DNA of 59,924 nt. It comes from a virus (lineage: Duplodnaviria > Caudoviricetes). Location: positions 1-59,924 of IMG/VR virus record IMGVR_UViG_3300020442_000563, one strand, 5' to 3'. Every line of letters begins with the position of its first letter. Position 1 is the stretch's first letter. Both the position numbers and the translations under genes were made by a program. The notes beneath the pieces were generated by a model that worked only from the letters and a program-made list of their open reading frames with translations, did not search any database and was not told the DNA's origin. Below are positions 1-8,519 of the stretch, in pieces.

Positions 1-320
1 GCATATGTGAGTGGTGGCACCGATAAGAAATAAGTAGTATCTGCACTTTCATCGTGAAGTTTATGTAAACTCTCTTCACATGATAAGTCACAAGAAACAA
101 AATCTAACCAATGAAAAAAATCTATTGGATAATGTCCAAGATGTTCTAACCATTGATCTCTACTATATTCTCTCCTTGATGCACCAACAATCAATATATT
201 ATGTGGTAGTAATTTTTTCTCCCACAGTTTATAGAGTGCTGGAATAAGTTTTCTTTTAGCAAGGTCACCAGTTGCACCAAAAATAACAATGCGTCTAGTG
301 AGCGGTTCCGTTTCCGTCAT
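1..320 (-). CDS. zwf: glucose-6-phosphate dehydrogenase, N-terminal part (runs off window edge)
   Basis: Manual translation from ATG 320: MTETEPLTRRIVIFGATGDLAKRKLIPALY..., the G6PDH GATGDLA nucleotide-binding motif; next to gnd. In-frame alternative ATGs at 326 and 335. Confidence 0.95.
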   Translation of the reverse strand, partial: MTETEPLTRRIVIFGATGDLAKRKLIPALYKLWEKKLLPHNILIVGASRREYSRDQWLEHLGHYPIDFFHWLDFVSCDLSCEESLHKLHDESADTTYFLSVPPLTY

Positions 321-423
321 AGTCATCTGAGTCATAATACGATATTTCACCTTTATATCTTCCAAATGCGAGGGTGGCACATACAAAGGGTATTGCCAAG
401 ATTGCAAGGACATCAGCGAACAT
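295..423 (-). CDS. ndhP: NDH-1 complex small subunit NdhP homologue (42 aa; not in ORF track)
   Basis: Manual translation MFADVLAILAIPFVCATLAFGRYKGEISYYDSDDYDGNGTAH: one TM helix then FG...YDSDDYxGNGxAH, matching the cyanobacterial NdhP C-terminus; overlaps the gnd stop and zwf start. Confidence 0.85.
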   Translation of the reverse strand: MFADVLAILAIPFVCATLAFGRYKGEISYYDSDDYDGNGTAH

Positions 424-1450
424 TGTGTCCCCCAAACATATACCTCATACCATTAAGAACTTTGTTTGCATATTCACCTAATTTTCTAGAACTAAATCTG
501 GAATATAGAGCAGTGGTTATTACAGGAGCAGGAACACCAAGATCCACAGCAGCGTGAACAGTCCAACGACCCTCACCACTGTCTGATACTCCACCATCAA
601 AACATTCTAATGTACTGTCTTTGCGTAAGACATCAGCGGCAAGATCAAGTAACCAACTACTAACAACACTACCACGCCTCCATACTTCAGCGACTTCGGC
701 AACGTCAATATCATATTGATAATCTTTTGGATTCTCCATCGGAGCAATCTCAGCATCCCCTTCCTTAACATACTTGGAGCCAAGATTCCCAGAATGCAAA
801 ATATCCAACCCTTCAGCGTAGGCTTGCATGATTCCATATTCAATCCCGTTGTGAACCATCTTTACAAAATGACCTGCACCAGCAGGACCACAATGTAACC
901 ATCCATGTTCAGCAGATGTTACGTAACTACGTTCATCTGTGCGAGGGGCAGATGATATGTCTGGTGCGAGGGCACGGAAAACGGGGGCGCAAACCGATAC
1001 TGCATGATTTGCACCACCAACCATAAGACAGTATCCACGCTCCAGACCAAAAACACCACCACTAGTACCACAGTCAAGATATTGGATGCCAAGTTTAGCA
1101 AGCCTTTCTGCCCTGCGGCGAGAGTCTTTAAAATTGGAATTGCCATGATCAATAATAATATCACCCTCCACACAAAGTGGTAATAGCTCATTGAGTGTGT
1201 CCTCCACTGTTTCTGCTGGTACAACCATCATGAAGACACCTGGCACTTCACCAGTCATCTCCAATCCTTCGTGGACTACTTGAACAAGGCTTTCCAAAGA
1301 AGTGGCATATCCACTGATATAACCCTTCTCATATTGCTCATTTGCTTTTTGAACATTATTACGATACCCATGTACTTCAATTCCCGATTTGATCATACGA
1401 CGAGACATGCCCTCGCCCATACGACCGAGACCAATCATTCCAACTTTCAT
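413..1450 (-). CDS. gnd: 6-phosphogluconate dehydrogenase (short type)
   Basis: GMIGLGRMG, IIDHGNS, DCGTSGG and GAGHFVKMVHNGIEYG motifs. Confidence 0.97.
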   Translation of the reverse strand: MKVGMIGLGRMGEGMSRRMIKSGIEVHGYRNNVQKANEQYEKGYISGYATSLESLVQVVHEGLEMTGEVPGVFMMVVPAETVEDTLNELLPLCVEGDIIIDHGNSNFKDSRRRAERLAKLGIQYLDCGTSGGVFGLERGYCLMVGGANHAVSVCAPVFRALAPDISSAPRTDERSYVTSAEHGWLHCGPAGAGHFVKMVHNGIEYGIMQAYAEGLDILHSGNLGSKYVKEGDAEIAPMENPKDYQYDIDVAEVAEVWRRGSVVSSWLLDLAADVLRKDSTLECFDGGVSDSGEGRWTVHAAVDLGVPAPVITTALYSRFSSRKLGEYANKVLNGMRYMFGGHNVR

Positions 1451-1472
1451 TTAATTCATCTCCAATATAAAG

Positions 1473-1479
1473 TATTTAT
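1473..1479 (-). promoter_or_regulatory. T4-type late promoter (ATAAATA) upstream of gnd
   Basis: ATAAATA in the intergenic gap, 22 nt before the gnd ATG. Confidence 0.7.
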
Positions 1480-1480
1480 T

Positions 1481-1612
1481 TCAGTGTTCAAGATATTTTT
1501 TTGGATTTTTTCTTACATCAAATGTAAAATAACTAAAGGGAACAAGCAATAAAGTTCCCAGTAAAGAACCCAACAATGCTGGGTCAAGTGTTGTTAGAAG
1601 TGAATGAATCAT
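1481..1612 (-). CDS. small single-TM hypothetical protein (43 aa; not in ORF track)
   Basis: MIHSLLTTLDPALLGSLLGTLLLVPFSYFTFDVRKNPKKYLEH; fills the gap on the coding strand; hydrophobic helix with a basic tail. Confidence 0.6.
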   Translation of the reverse strand: MIHSLLTTLDPALLGSLLGTLLLVPFSYFTFDVRKNPKKYLEH

Positions 1613-1636
1613 AGTAGTCTCTTAAGAATTGATTCT

Positions 1637-1936
1637 TTAGTCACGTTGTCTCCAATCATCAGATCTTTCTTCATGAAACCAGTCAACGATTTCGTCTGGT
1701 GAATTGAAACCCCTTTTGTGATTACTTGAATCGGGGTTTCCAATATTCAAGTTATTCAAAAAAGAATCGTTTGGGTTTGTCGCCATACGTCTTGCAATTT
1801 TCAACATTCCTCTAGCAGATGTATTTGCTTTAGAAAGTTTTTCTGCCCAGATCATATCTTCTATAGATACTTCCTGTCCTGCTGCAATTGCTTTACAGAT
1901 GCCTTCAAGACGCAGGCGATATTGAGTTGATAACAT
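1637..1936 (-). CDS. conserved cyanophage hypothetical protein
   Basis: 99-aa ORF (MLSTQYRLRLEGIC...WRQRD) in operon orientation, preceded by TAAATA at 1959-1964. Confidence 0.8.
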   Translation of the reverse strand: MLSTQYRLRLEGICKAIAAGQEVSIEDMIWAEKLSKANTSARGMLKIARRMATNPNDSFLNNLNIGNPDSSNHKRGFNSPDEIVDWFHEERSDDWRQRD

Positions 1937-1961
1937 AAAAAAGATTTACTAATAATATTAT

Positions 1962-2252
1962 TTAATACAGTTCTTCTTCCACTTCCGTTTGCACCACACA
2001 ATCAGAGGTAGGATATGAAACACACAATAGTGCAAATCCAACTTCTAATTGGTCATCATCAAGGAAAGATTGTTCTTCTTGATTGACTGTTCCAGAAATA
2101 ACTTTACCAGCACAAGAAGAACAAGCACCTGCCCTACAAGAGTAAGGAAGATCAACTCCTGCTTCTTCAGCAGCATCTAAAATAAATTGGTCGTCTTCAC
2201 AAGTGATACTTTGATCACCATCCGTGGTCTTTAGCGTAATAGAATAATTCAT
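1962..2252 (-). CDS. petF: plant-type 2Fe-2S ferredoxin
   Basis: [17 protein letters not shown]...QSFLDDDQ...LLCVSYP. Confidence 0.97.
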   Translation of the reverse strand: MNYSITLKTTDGDQSITCEDDQFILDAAEEAGVDLPYSCRAGACSSCAGKVISGTVNQEEQSFLDDDQLEVGFALLCVSYPTSDCVVQTEVEEELY

Positions 2253-2253
2253 A

Positions 2254-2598
2254 TTAGTTTACGTGTACTGTACCAATCATACCTGCTCCCTTATGAGGAC
2301 CACACCAGTATGAATAATCACCTGCATCAGGGAAAGTAACATCAAATTCTTCACCAGGCATCATTGCTAATGCTTCGTGAGAAAGTTCATCGTGATTCTC
2401 CACAATTACATTGTGTGGTGGTAACATGTTATTGACAAAATGGACTGATTCACCAGCGGAAATTGTAACTTCAGCAGGCTCAAAAACAAGATTGCCATTA
2501 GCCCCCATTTGAACGTCTACAGCATATGCTGCACGGGGACCAATAGCAATCGCAATAAAGATAAATGTGAGTAAGAGTAGTCTTCTTAGTAATTTCAT
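2254..2598 (-). CDS. petE: plastocyanin
   Basis: Signal peptide ending AYA; LVFEP, PHNV and [11 protein letters not shown] copper ligands. Confidence 0.96.
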   Translation of the reverse strand: MKLLRRLLLLTFIFIAIAIGPRAAYAVDVQMGANGNLVFEPAEVTISAGESVHFVNNMLPPHNVIVENHDELSHEALAMMPGEEFDVTFPDAGDYSYWCGPHKGAGMIGTVHVN

Positions 2599-2653
2599 AC
2601 ATGTGTGTACGACTACACTATCTAGTTATTTTTAACTAGTGACTTTTAGCATG

Positions 2654-3334
2654 TTAGGATCTCCCTACAATAAATCCATTTTCTTCTAACCACTCTCGTG
2701 TCTTGGGAGTTGGTGTATATACTTCCCACATGCTACCTGCTGCACATGCTTCTAGTGCATCCTTAGTCATACCTTCAGTTTTACCCGCCCATGTTGCTTC
2801 CTTTTCCCATGGAATTGCATGTGGCATATCTCGGTATGTGTCAGTAGCAATCTCTTGCCAAATCATAGGAACATCTTCTTCGTTCATAATAATAGCAATG
2901 AAATTATTTTTAATGCTACCTGCCATACAGTCTTGAGCAGCGTGCCATCCTTCATGACGCATCACAGACATTAGTGTGTTAGGACGATGCATAAAACTTC
3001 TATTCAAAAAGAAGTTATTGCCAACGGTATGATAGACTCCACGATGACCAACAGGAAAGTATTTTGAGTCTGCTAGAAACACTTTAACTCCGACCCGATT
3101 GAGAGCAGAGAGCATTGAGTGGAATTCGTCAGCAACGATATTATAATCAGTACTAGGGTAGACATCAGCAATATCGCTGACACTGAAAATTTGGGTGACA
3201 TTATCGTTACATTCTCGTAGTAGCATACATCCCATAGAATGCATGGTATAATATTCATTGTCCTTTAGAGGATCTGCAAGTACAGGGGAAGTCAAAGATA
3301 GACTAGCAAGCATACTAACCAGCAGTTTTTTCAT
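2654..3334 (-). CDS. exported protein with HExxH zinc-peptidase-like motif
   Basis: N-terminal signal peptide, MRHEGWHAAQDC, downstream WEKEA glutamate. Confidence 0.7.
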   Translation of the reverse strand: MKKLLVSMLASLSLTSPVLADPLKDNEYYTMHSMGCMLLRECNDNVTQIFSVSDIADVYPSTDYNIVADEFHSMLSALNRVGVKVFLADSKYFPVGHRGVYHTVGNNFFLNRSFMHRPNTLMSVMRHEGWHAAQDCMAGSIKNNFIAIIMNEEDVPMIWQEIATDTYRDMPHAIPWEKEATWAGKTEGMTKDALEACAAGSMWEVYTPTPKTREWLEENGFIVGRS

Positions 3335-3837
3335 ACAATCAATTCAATAGCTTGCTGTAATTCTACTGCATGATTCTTCTCATCGTTCATAATATCACGG
3401 ATTCTGTCGTCATCTCTATCAATGTATAAGAGATACTTTTCATAGGTCTCCGCTGCGTGTACTTCTATTTTGTAGGAGAGATCATAAGCAGACCTAGGAG
3501 CCAACCAGTAATAAACCACGTTGATCCAATAGTAGATAAGTACGAGGTGTCTGGCGACAAAGCGATCCACCCAATAAGCACTACCGCCCCTACTTTCCAT
3601 GTATTCAAGATGTTCTGTTTCGTTAAGAGTTTGAGCAAAATGTTCCTCCATCAGATAGATGTGTTCAGGACCTCTCAATCCAAGAGATTCTCTTAAATGT
3701 AAGACACTCAAAAAAGCAAAATAGGGTGCCCGAGCTATTTCCTCAAGCACCCAAAATCTTTGAAAGTGTCTACCTCTATAGAGGTAATCAATAATTGATA
3801 CTGTGTTATCTAAAACAAAAGAGTTTAATTGTTTCAT
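3331..3837 (-). CDS. ptoX: plastoquinol terminal oxidase
   Basis: RFWVLEEIARAPYFAF, NETEHL, EVHAAETY and DEKNH di-iron motifs. Confidence 0.95.
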   Translation of the reverse strand: MKQLNSFVLDNTVSIIDYLYRGRHFQRFWVLEEIARAPYFAFLSVLHLRESLGLRGPEHIYLMEEHFAQTLNETEHLEYMESRGGSAYWVDRFVARHLVLIYYWINVVYYWLAPRSAYDLSYKIEVHAAETYEKYLLYIDRDDDRIRDIMNDEKNHAVELQQAIELIV

Positions 3838-4118
3838 TTAAGCACTTCACTTTTTACCTTATCTATAATGTCATCAATGACATTTACATCAATATGCATG
3901 AATGGAGGAATAATTCCTAAAATCCTTAACAATCCATCTACAAATAATGCAAGACACGTGAAACCTAATATCATGCTAATGATCGTCGCTTCACGATTAT
4001 GTTTTGCCATAGACGCTTCATCAATTGCTCTTGCTTCTTCTAGTGCTTTAGCGATTAGAGCATCTACTTCTTTCTTTGTATAGAAACTACCTAACCATGG
4101 TATGTCATGTCTATCCAT
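3834..4118 (-). CDS. conserved cyanophage membrane protein
   Basis: Probable start MDRHDIPWLG at 4118, overlapping the upstream stop; TM segment IISMILGFTCLALFVDGLLRILGIIPPF. Confidence 0.75.
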   Translation of the reverse strand: MDRHDIPWLGSFYTKKEVDALIAKALEEARAIDEASMAKHNREATIISMILGFTCLALFVDGLLRILGIIPPFMHIDVNVIDDIIDKVKSEVLK

Positions 4119-4323
4119 AATATGCTTTGTAATATGCCACAACACCATCAGGTCTCATGTTTCCTTGGGATACCCAATCATGAGCACATTGGTATATGGA
4201 CTCGTTTGTATTGGTAGAAGAACCATCTTCTTTTAGTTGACTACCAAATTTGTGTAATAGAATCTTTAATACAGATTCTCTGACGAACATTTTTTCGTCA
4301 CTGTAACGCCAATCTTCAGTCAT
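4111..4323 (-). CDS. hypothetical protein
   Basis: Probable start MTEDWRYS at 4323, coupled to the upstream gene. Confidence 0.7.
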   Translation of the reverse strand: MTEDWRYSDEKMFVRESVLKILLHKFGSQLKEDGSSTNTNESIYQCAHDWVSQGNMRPDGVVAYYKAYYG

Positions 4324-4501
4324 CAAGAATACACTCCCCTTCTGTAATAGCACAGTAACCTTGTTCACACAAGTTCCTTAATTTTTCAATGAGATCTTCA
4401 TAAGTATCCCACATAAATTCAGAACCTGTTTTTTCTTGATAGGACTTACATGCCCTGATCAAGTGCTGTACATCATTTTCGTTTAGTCTCATGGTTTCCA
4501 T
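4316..4501 (-). CDS. hypothetical protein
   Basis: 61-aa ORF tightly packed in the operon. Confidence 0.7.
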   Translation of the reverse strand: METMRLNENDVQHLIRACKSYQEKTGSEFMWDTYEDLIEKLRNLCEQGYCAITEGECILDD

Positions 4502-4551
4502 GCTACGCTAAACTAATTATAACTATACTGTCAACTACTGTACCAGAAATG

Positions 4552-4803
4552 TCAGGGTTCGTCAACTTCTTTTTCGTGTGACGGAATTTCTGTTAAAGAA
4601 TGTTCGCACATCATGGCATATAATCTAGTCTTCATGAAACGCAAATACTCTTGTTCCTCTACAGGTCTTCTTGGAGAACCTGGCCAGGTTTCAAACGCAT
4701 AACATATTGTACTATACAATAAGCGAACCTCATCTATGCCCATGGAGAAAGTACAATACCATTCTCCTTCTTCACGGGGATCATCTTGAGGTTGAATAGA
4801 CAT
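4552..4803 (-). CDS. hypothetical protein
   Basis: 83-aa ORF with TAATG coupling to the upstream gene. Confidence 0.75.
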   Translation of the reverse strand: MSIQPQDDPREEGEWYCTFSMGIDEVRLLYSTICYAFETWPGSPRRPVEEQEYLRFMKTRLYAMMCEHSLTEIPSHEKEVDEP

Positions 4804-5060
4804 TACGCTGATACCGTATTATTAGCAGAATTTCTTCTTTGATATGCTGCTGGTGTTCTTGTATTGTTATTAGACAATCTTGCTTGGAATGCAGCGGGTG
4901 TTCTTGTTGAGTTGTCAGACTTTCTTGCCTGATAATCTGCGTTCCAATTTTTGAATGTTCTAGTAGCCCATCCCTCAGTTCCTGAGAAATGATTTACAGT
5001 GCTGCTGCCTGGTTGGGGATTAACAGCATTACAATCTTTATCATTTCTTTGATATGCCAT
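4803..5060 (-). CDS. small protein with C-terminal 15-aa repeats
   Basis: YQARKSDNSTRTPAA / FQARLSNNNTRTPAA / YQRRNSANNT; coupled to the gp16 stop. Confidence 0.75.
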   Translation of the reverse strand: MAYQRNDKDCNAVNPQPGSSTVNHFSGTEGWATRTFKNWNADYQARKSDNSTRTPAAFQARLSNNNTRTPAAYQRRNSANNTVSA

Positions 5061-5473
5061 TAGCGTTTACCTCCGTTCATTTGTTTGAGCATCTTCTGTA
5101 GTTCTGCTGTAGAACCTACAAACATAGCGTTGTTTGTAACCTTGGATGGACCTTTCTTTTCTTCGTCAAGATCCTTCATCTTCTTGTGAAGATCCTGTAG
5201 TTTCTCAGTCATGTCTGCGACGTGCTTCATTGCCGCTACAGCGACTTCATATGCTCTTGGATGCCCTGACTCCTGAGCAACCTCTAAGGCACCTCTGACC
5301 GCCTCCTGACCCTGATCTATAAGGGAATATAATTCACCACGGGTATATCTATAATCTTTTTCACGATCCTCTTCATCCACCTTGGGTGGAACTGGTTTAG
5401 ATGGTTTGGATTCCTCAACAGGTTCAGCACTGATGTTGAGAATTTCCTCCATGTTATCTTCTAGACTGCTCAT
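5060..5473 (-). CDS. g16: terminase small subunit (T4 gp16-like)
   Basis: DYRYTR, HPRAYEV and NNAMFVGSTAELQKML motifs; follows g15. Confidence 0.92.
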   Translation of the reverse strand: MSSLEDNMEEILNISAEPVEESKPSKPVPPKVDEEDREKDYRYTRGELYSLIDQGQEAVRGALEVAQESGHPRAYEVAVAAMKHVADMTEKLQDLHKKMKDLDEEKKGPSKVTNNAMFVGSTAELQKMLKQMNGGKR

Positions 5474-6267
5474 AAGAAACTCATCCCTTCGTTAAATCCA
5501 AAATCATCATCGGCAGTTACTAATGCGTCATCAGCAGCAGTAACTTGACCGTCCTGATTGATATCAGTTTTTGCTTTTGGTGTGTAAGATAGTTCAACAT
5601 GTCTCTTATTGACATTGAGATCACCAATGGTTTCAATAATACGAGACTTGCGAATAACATCTGCCTTGCTGTAAGGACCGTAGATGTATGTTTTAGCAGT
5701 AAATTGTAATGAATAAGTTATACTACGTCTCGTAGTAAAATCATCCTCCCAGTCATCATCAAAATCAACGCTGTTTAATACAACAGCAACATCTCTAACT
5801 TCATTCATATCTGGTATGAATTTCAAACTCATGCTAAAAGATGGTTGGAAGAAAGGAAGAATCTGTTCTAAAATTTGAAGACCATCATCTTGGGACTTAG
5901 CAATAATACCAACCTCAAACGAAACATTATAAGGAACTGGTACGTATTGAGTCCTTACTTCCTTACCGTTATCTTCAATAACTGTTTTGTATTTTTGAGT
6001 AGCAGGTGTTTTTCTTGCAGCATCATACTCAATACCAGTCATTTCAAAATAAATTCTAGGTAATGTAATCGCTACCTTCTTACCATCAGAAGGGTTACCT
6101 TGTAATCTATATAAAAATTTCTGTTTAGGACCATAAGCAAGAGGAACTTTTTCTGTTTCCAATACTTGTCCATCAACAGTTTTCTTCAATTCAATGTTAT
6201 TGAAAAGAGTACCAAATGCTATGACAGTTTTTCTAACTGCCTGATTGTAAAATTGTGTTCCTAACAT
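5470..6267 (-). CDS. g15: tail sheath stabiliser/terminator (T4 gp15-like)
   Basis: FGTLFNNI, KVPLAYGPKQKFL, LPRI, VPVPYN, LQILEQILPFFQP. Confidence 0.95.
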   Translation of the reverse strand: MLGTQFYNQAVRKTVIAFGTLFNNIELKKTVDGQVLETEKVPLAYGPKQKFLYRLQGNPSDGKKVAITLPRIYFEMTGIEYDAARKTPATQKYKTVIEDNGKEVRTQYVPVPYNVSFEVGIIAKSQDDGLQILEQILPFFQPSFSMSLKFIPDMNEVRDVAVVLNSVDFDDDWEDDFTTRRSITYSLQFTAKTYIYGPYSKADVIRKSRIIETIGDLNVNKRHVELSYTPKAKTDINQDGQVTAADDALVTADDDFGFNEGMSFL

Positions 6268-7682
6268 CAGAAGCTTCCTGTATAATTACCAAATTCACCA
6301 AAGGGATTTCTTTCACCCCAATCTACAATATCGTCAGCACCAGTCTCAATTGCTTGGTTTTGATCAAACTCAGTGCTTGCGTTGTCAATAGTTGAGAATG
6401 TTCCTAATGTATATATGGCATTAGATTCAACGCCTCTGATCATATCACCATCAATAAAGTTGCCAGTGCGGTTCATAACTTCAAGGGTATATGTTACGCC
6501 ATTCCAATCAGCAACCTCAGCAATAGTAGCACTCATGAGATCATATAATGTTGCTTGTCCACCACTAGTAGTAGTTTCTGTCCAAGCATTTATAATATAT
6601 CTCACATTAGCACTGTCGTAATAGAAGAAACCAGGCGTTGTAGTTGCTGTAGTTCCATTATATTGATACACGTAACAAATTCTCTTATCTTCAAACTTCC
6701 AATAGAAGTATTTCTTTTGTGTTGTAGTTGCAAAAACAGGATCAAATCCACCAGTACCAGTTACTGTGATAACCTTATTAGAAGATGTCCATGTTCTGCC
6801 AGAACCTTGCTCAACAAATCCACCAATAACAACATGTTCGTCATTAACAAATTGTACTGGTTCTGCTGGAGCAGCAATAGTTATAGTTGGTGGATTCAAA
6901 TTAGTAGAATCATATCCAGTTCCACCATTCTCAATAGTGAGAGTGACAACACCACCGTCTAATATAGATGTTGTAATTACACCACCAGTACCATTGCCAG
7001 CATTTCCAATGGTCACAGATGGAGGAGAACTATATCCTGTTCCTGCAAGTGTTACTGTTGCCTGTGATATAGCACCAGAAGAATCTACTAATAATGTTCC
7101 TGTCGCTTGTGTTCTTGTAGTAGGAGTAAGATTTAACGTAGTAATATTACTAAACTCTCTTTCTACATCATCAATCTCATCAATACCAGTATCAAACTTA
7201 TCTGCACCCTGCTCATAGAGTTCAGCAGTTAGTTGATAAAAATATTGTTTTCCTAATTGGAAGAAAGGATTTTCTCTTTCAACATACTTGACTTCGTAAA
7301 GATCTTCTGTTAGTGGAAAGTAAATTAAATCTCCCTCATTAGGTCTACCATCCACAGCAAGATTTAACGCTGGATTAGCAGACTGTTCCCATCTTCTACG
7401 AGAAACAACAAAAGTTATTTCATCAGTTATTCTTAAACCAAACTTACTAACAAACTCAGCACCAGCTCCAAATCCTTCTACGTTCACTAAGAACATTTCA
7501 ATCATATAACTTTGATTGAATTCAGATTGTATAACTTCCCCTAGCGTTTTATCCTTTAGATGAACTCTAGGAATATAAAACACATCAGATCCAAACAACT
7601 TGATTTGTTCGTCAACCAAGTCTTGTACCAGATTTTGTTCGGTGGCAACACCACCGTGTTGAGGAAAGTATACTTTTTTCAT
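6267..7682 (-). CDS. g14: neck protein (T4 gp14-like) with internal insertion
   Basis: EQIKLFGSDVFYIPR, SKFGL, RPNEGDLIYFP, PFFQLGK, C-terminal NPFG. Confidence 0.93.
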   Translation of the reverse strand: MKKVYFPQHGGVATEQNLVQDLVDEQIKLFGSDVFYIPRVHLKDKTLGEVIQSEFNQSYMIEMFLVNVEGFGAGAEFVSKFGLRITDEITFVVSRRRWEQSANPALNLAVDGRPNEGDLIYFPLTEDLYEVKYVERENPFFQLGKQYFYQLTAELYEQGADKFDTGIDEIDDVEREFSNITTLNLTPTTRTQATGTLLVDSSGAISQATVTLAGTGYSSPPSVTIGNAGNGTGGVITTSILDGGVVTLTIENGGTGYDSTNLNPPTITIAAPAEPVQFVNDEHVVIGGFVEQGSGRTWTSSNKVITVTGTGGFDPVFATTTQKKYFYWKFEDKRICYVYQYNGTTATTTPGFFYYDSANVRYIINAWTETTTSGGQATLYDLMSATIAEVADWNGVTYTLEVMNRTGNFIDGDMIRGVESNAIYTLGTFSTIDNASTEFDQNQAIETGADDIVDWGERNPFGEFGNYTGSF

Positions 7683-8485
7683 CCGATCATGTCAAATGGT
7701 GGTAATTCGTATGTAGAGAATGACTTCTCTTCTATCTCTGCAATTTCTTTTTGAGCATCTTCAAAAATTTCTCTACCATTAATGGCAACTCCACCAGGAA
7801 GTTGGATGCCATTAAACTTAATTAGGTTCTGACCCCACTGTCTTTTAATAAGAGCAGTAGTATATTTCTTTAAAAAGATGTCACTATAGACTTGAGTATA
7901 TGTATCAGGATCTAATGCTCTATGACATTCAACAATAACATGTACATCTTCGTCTAACATATCTTTGCCGACATCAATGTAAAGTCTGTCCTGTCTCATA
8001 TTAAATCTAAATTGAACAAAAGCACCATTGTTCAACACCATATCCATAGTCTCCATCCAAGTCTTAACCATATAATAGTTAAGAAAATCAAGAGATCCTA
8101 CAGAATATAGATCGTTTAAGAAGATCTGATATTCAATACCAAATAAATTGTTTCTAACTGCATTACTGGCAAGACCAAATACTTTAGTAACACCAACTAC
8201 GTCCGCAGGTAACTCAAGGTATCTATCCCTAACTTCCCATTTAGTACCACTAGCTAGAGTGGTTGTTGTGTTTTGTGTTTCAAATTTTGTCTCATCAGCA
8301 GCAGTGAATAAATGCTTCATATAAGCAAGTTCAGTACCATCGTAATGTCTCATACGATAATACTGGAGTGCATCATCAATAGCGTCCTCTATCTGATCAT
8401 CATCTACATTGATCTCCAAGACAGGGAATCCCAACTTTCTTAAGCAATAATCCTTAAGTTGAGATCTACTGGCAGGTTCTGCCAT
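7679..8485 (-). CDS. g13: neck protein (T4 gp13-like)
   Basis: LRKLGFPVLEINVDDDQ, KRQWGQNLIKFNGIQLPGGV. Confidence 0.95.
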   Translation of the reverse strand: MAEPASRSQLKDYCLRKLGFPVLEINVDDDQIEDAIDDALQYYRMRHYDGTELAYMKHLFTAADETKFETQNTTTTLASGTKWEVRDRYLELPADVVGVTKVFGLASNAVRNNLFGIEYQIFLNDLYSVGSLDFLNYYMVKTWMETMDMVLNNGAFVQFRFNMRQDRLYIDVGKDMLDEDVHVIVECHRALDPDTYTQVYSDIFLKKYTTALIKRQWGQNLIKFNGIQLPGGVAINGREIFEDAQKEIAEIEEKSFSTYELPPFDMIG

Positions 8486-8512
8486 AACATATACCTACTA
8501 TTTTCCTAGAGG

Positions 8513-8519
8513 TATTTAT
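8513..8519 (-). promoter_or_regulatory. late promoter ATAAATA upstream of g13
   Basis: Intergenic ATAAATA. Confidence 0.7.

Noticed and set aside
321-413. In-frame upstream extension of zwf to ATG 413
   Set aside because: This interval is better explained by the NdhP frame, and the extension adds nothing G6PDH-like.
4552-5060. Absence of terminase large subunit after g16
   Set aside because: Separation of g16 from g17 by the AMG island is normal in cyanomyoviruses; g17 probably lies beyond the left edge.
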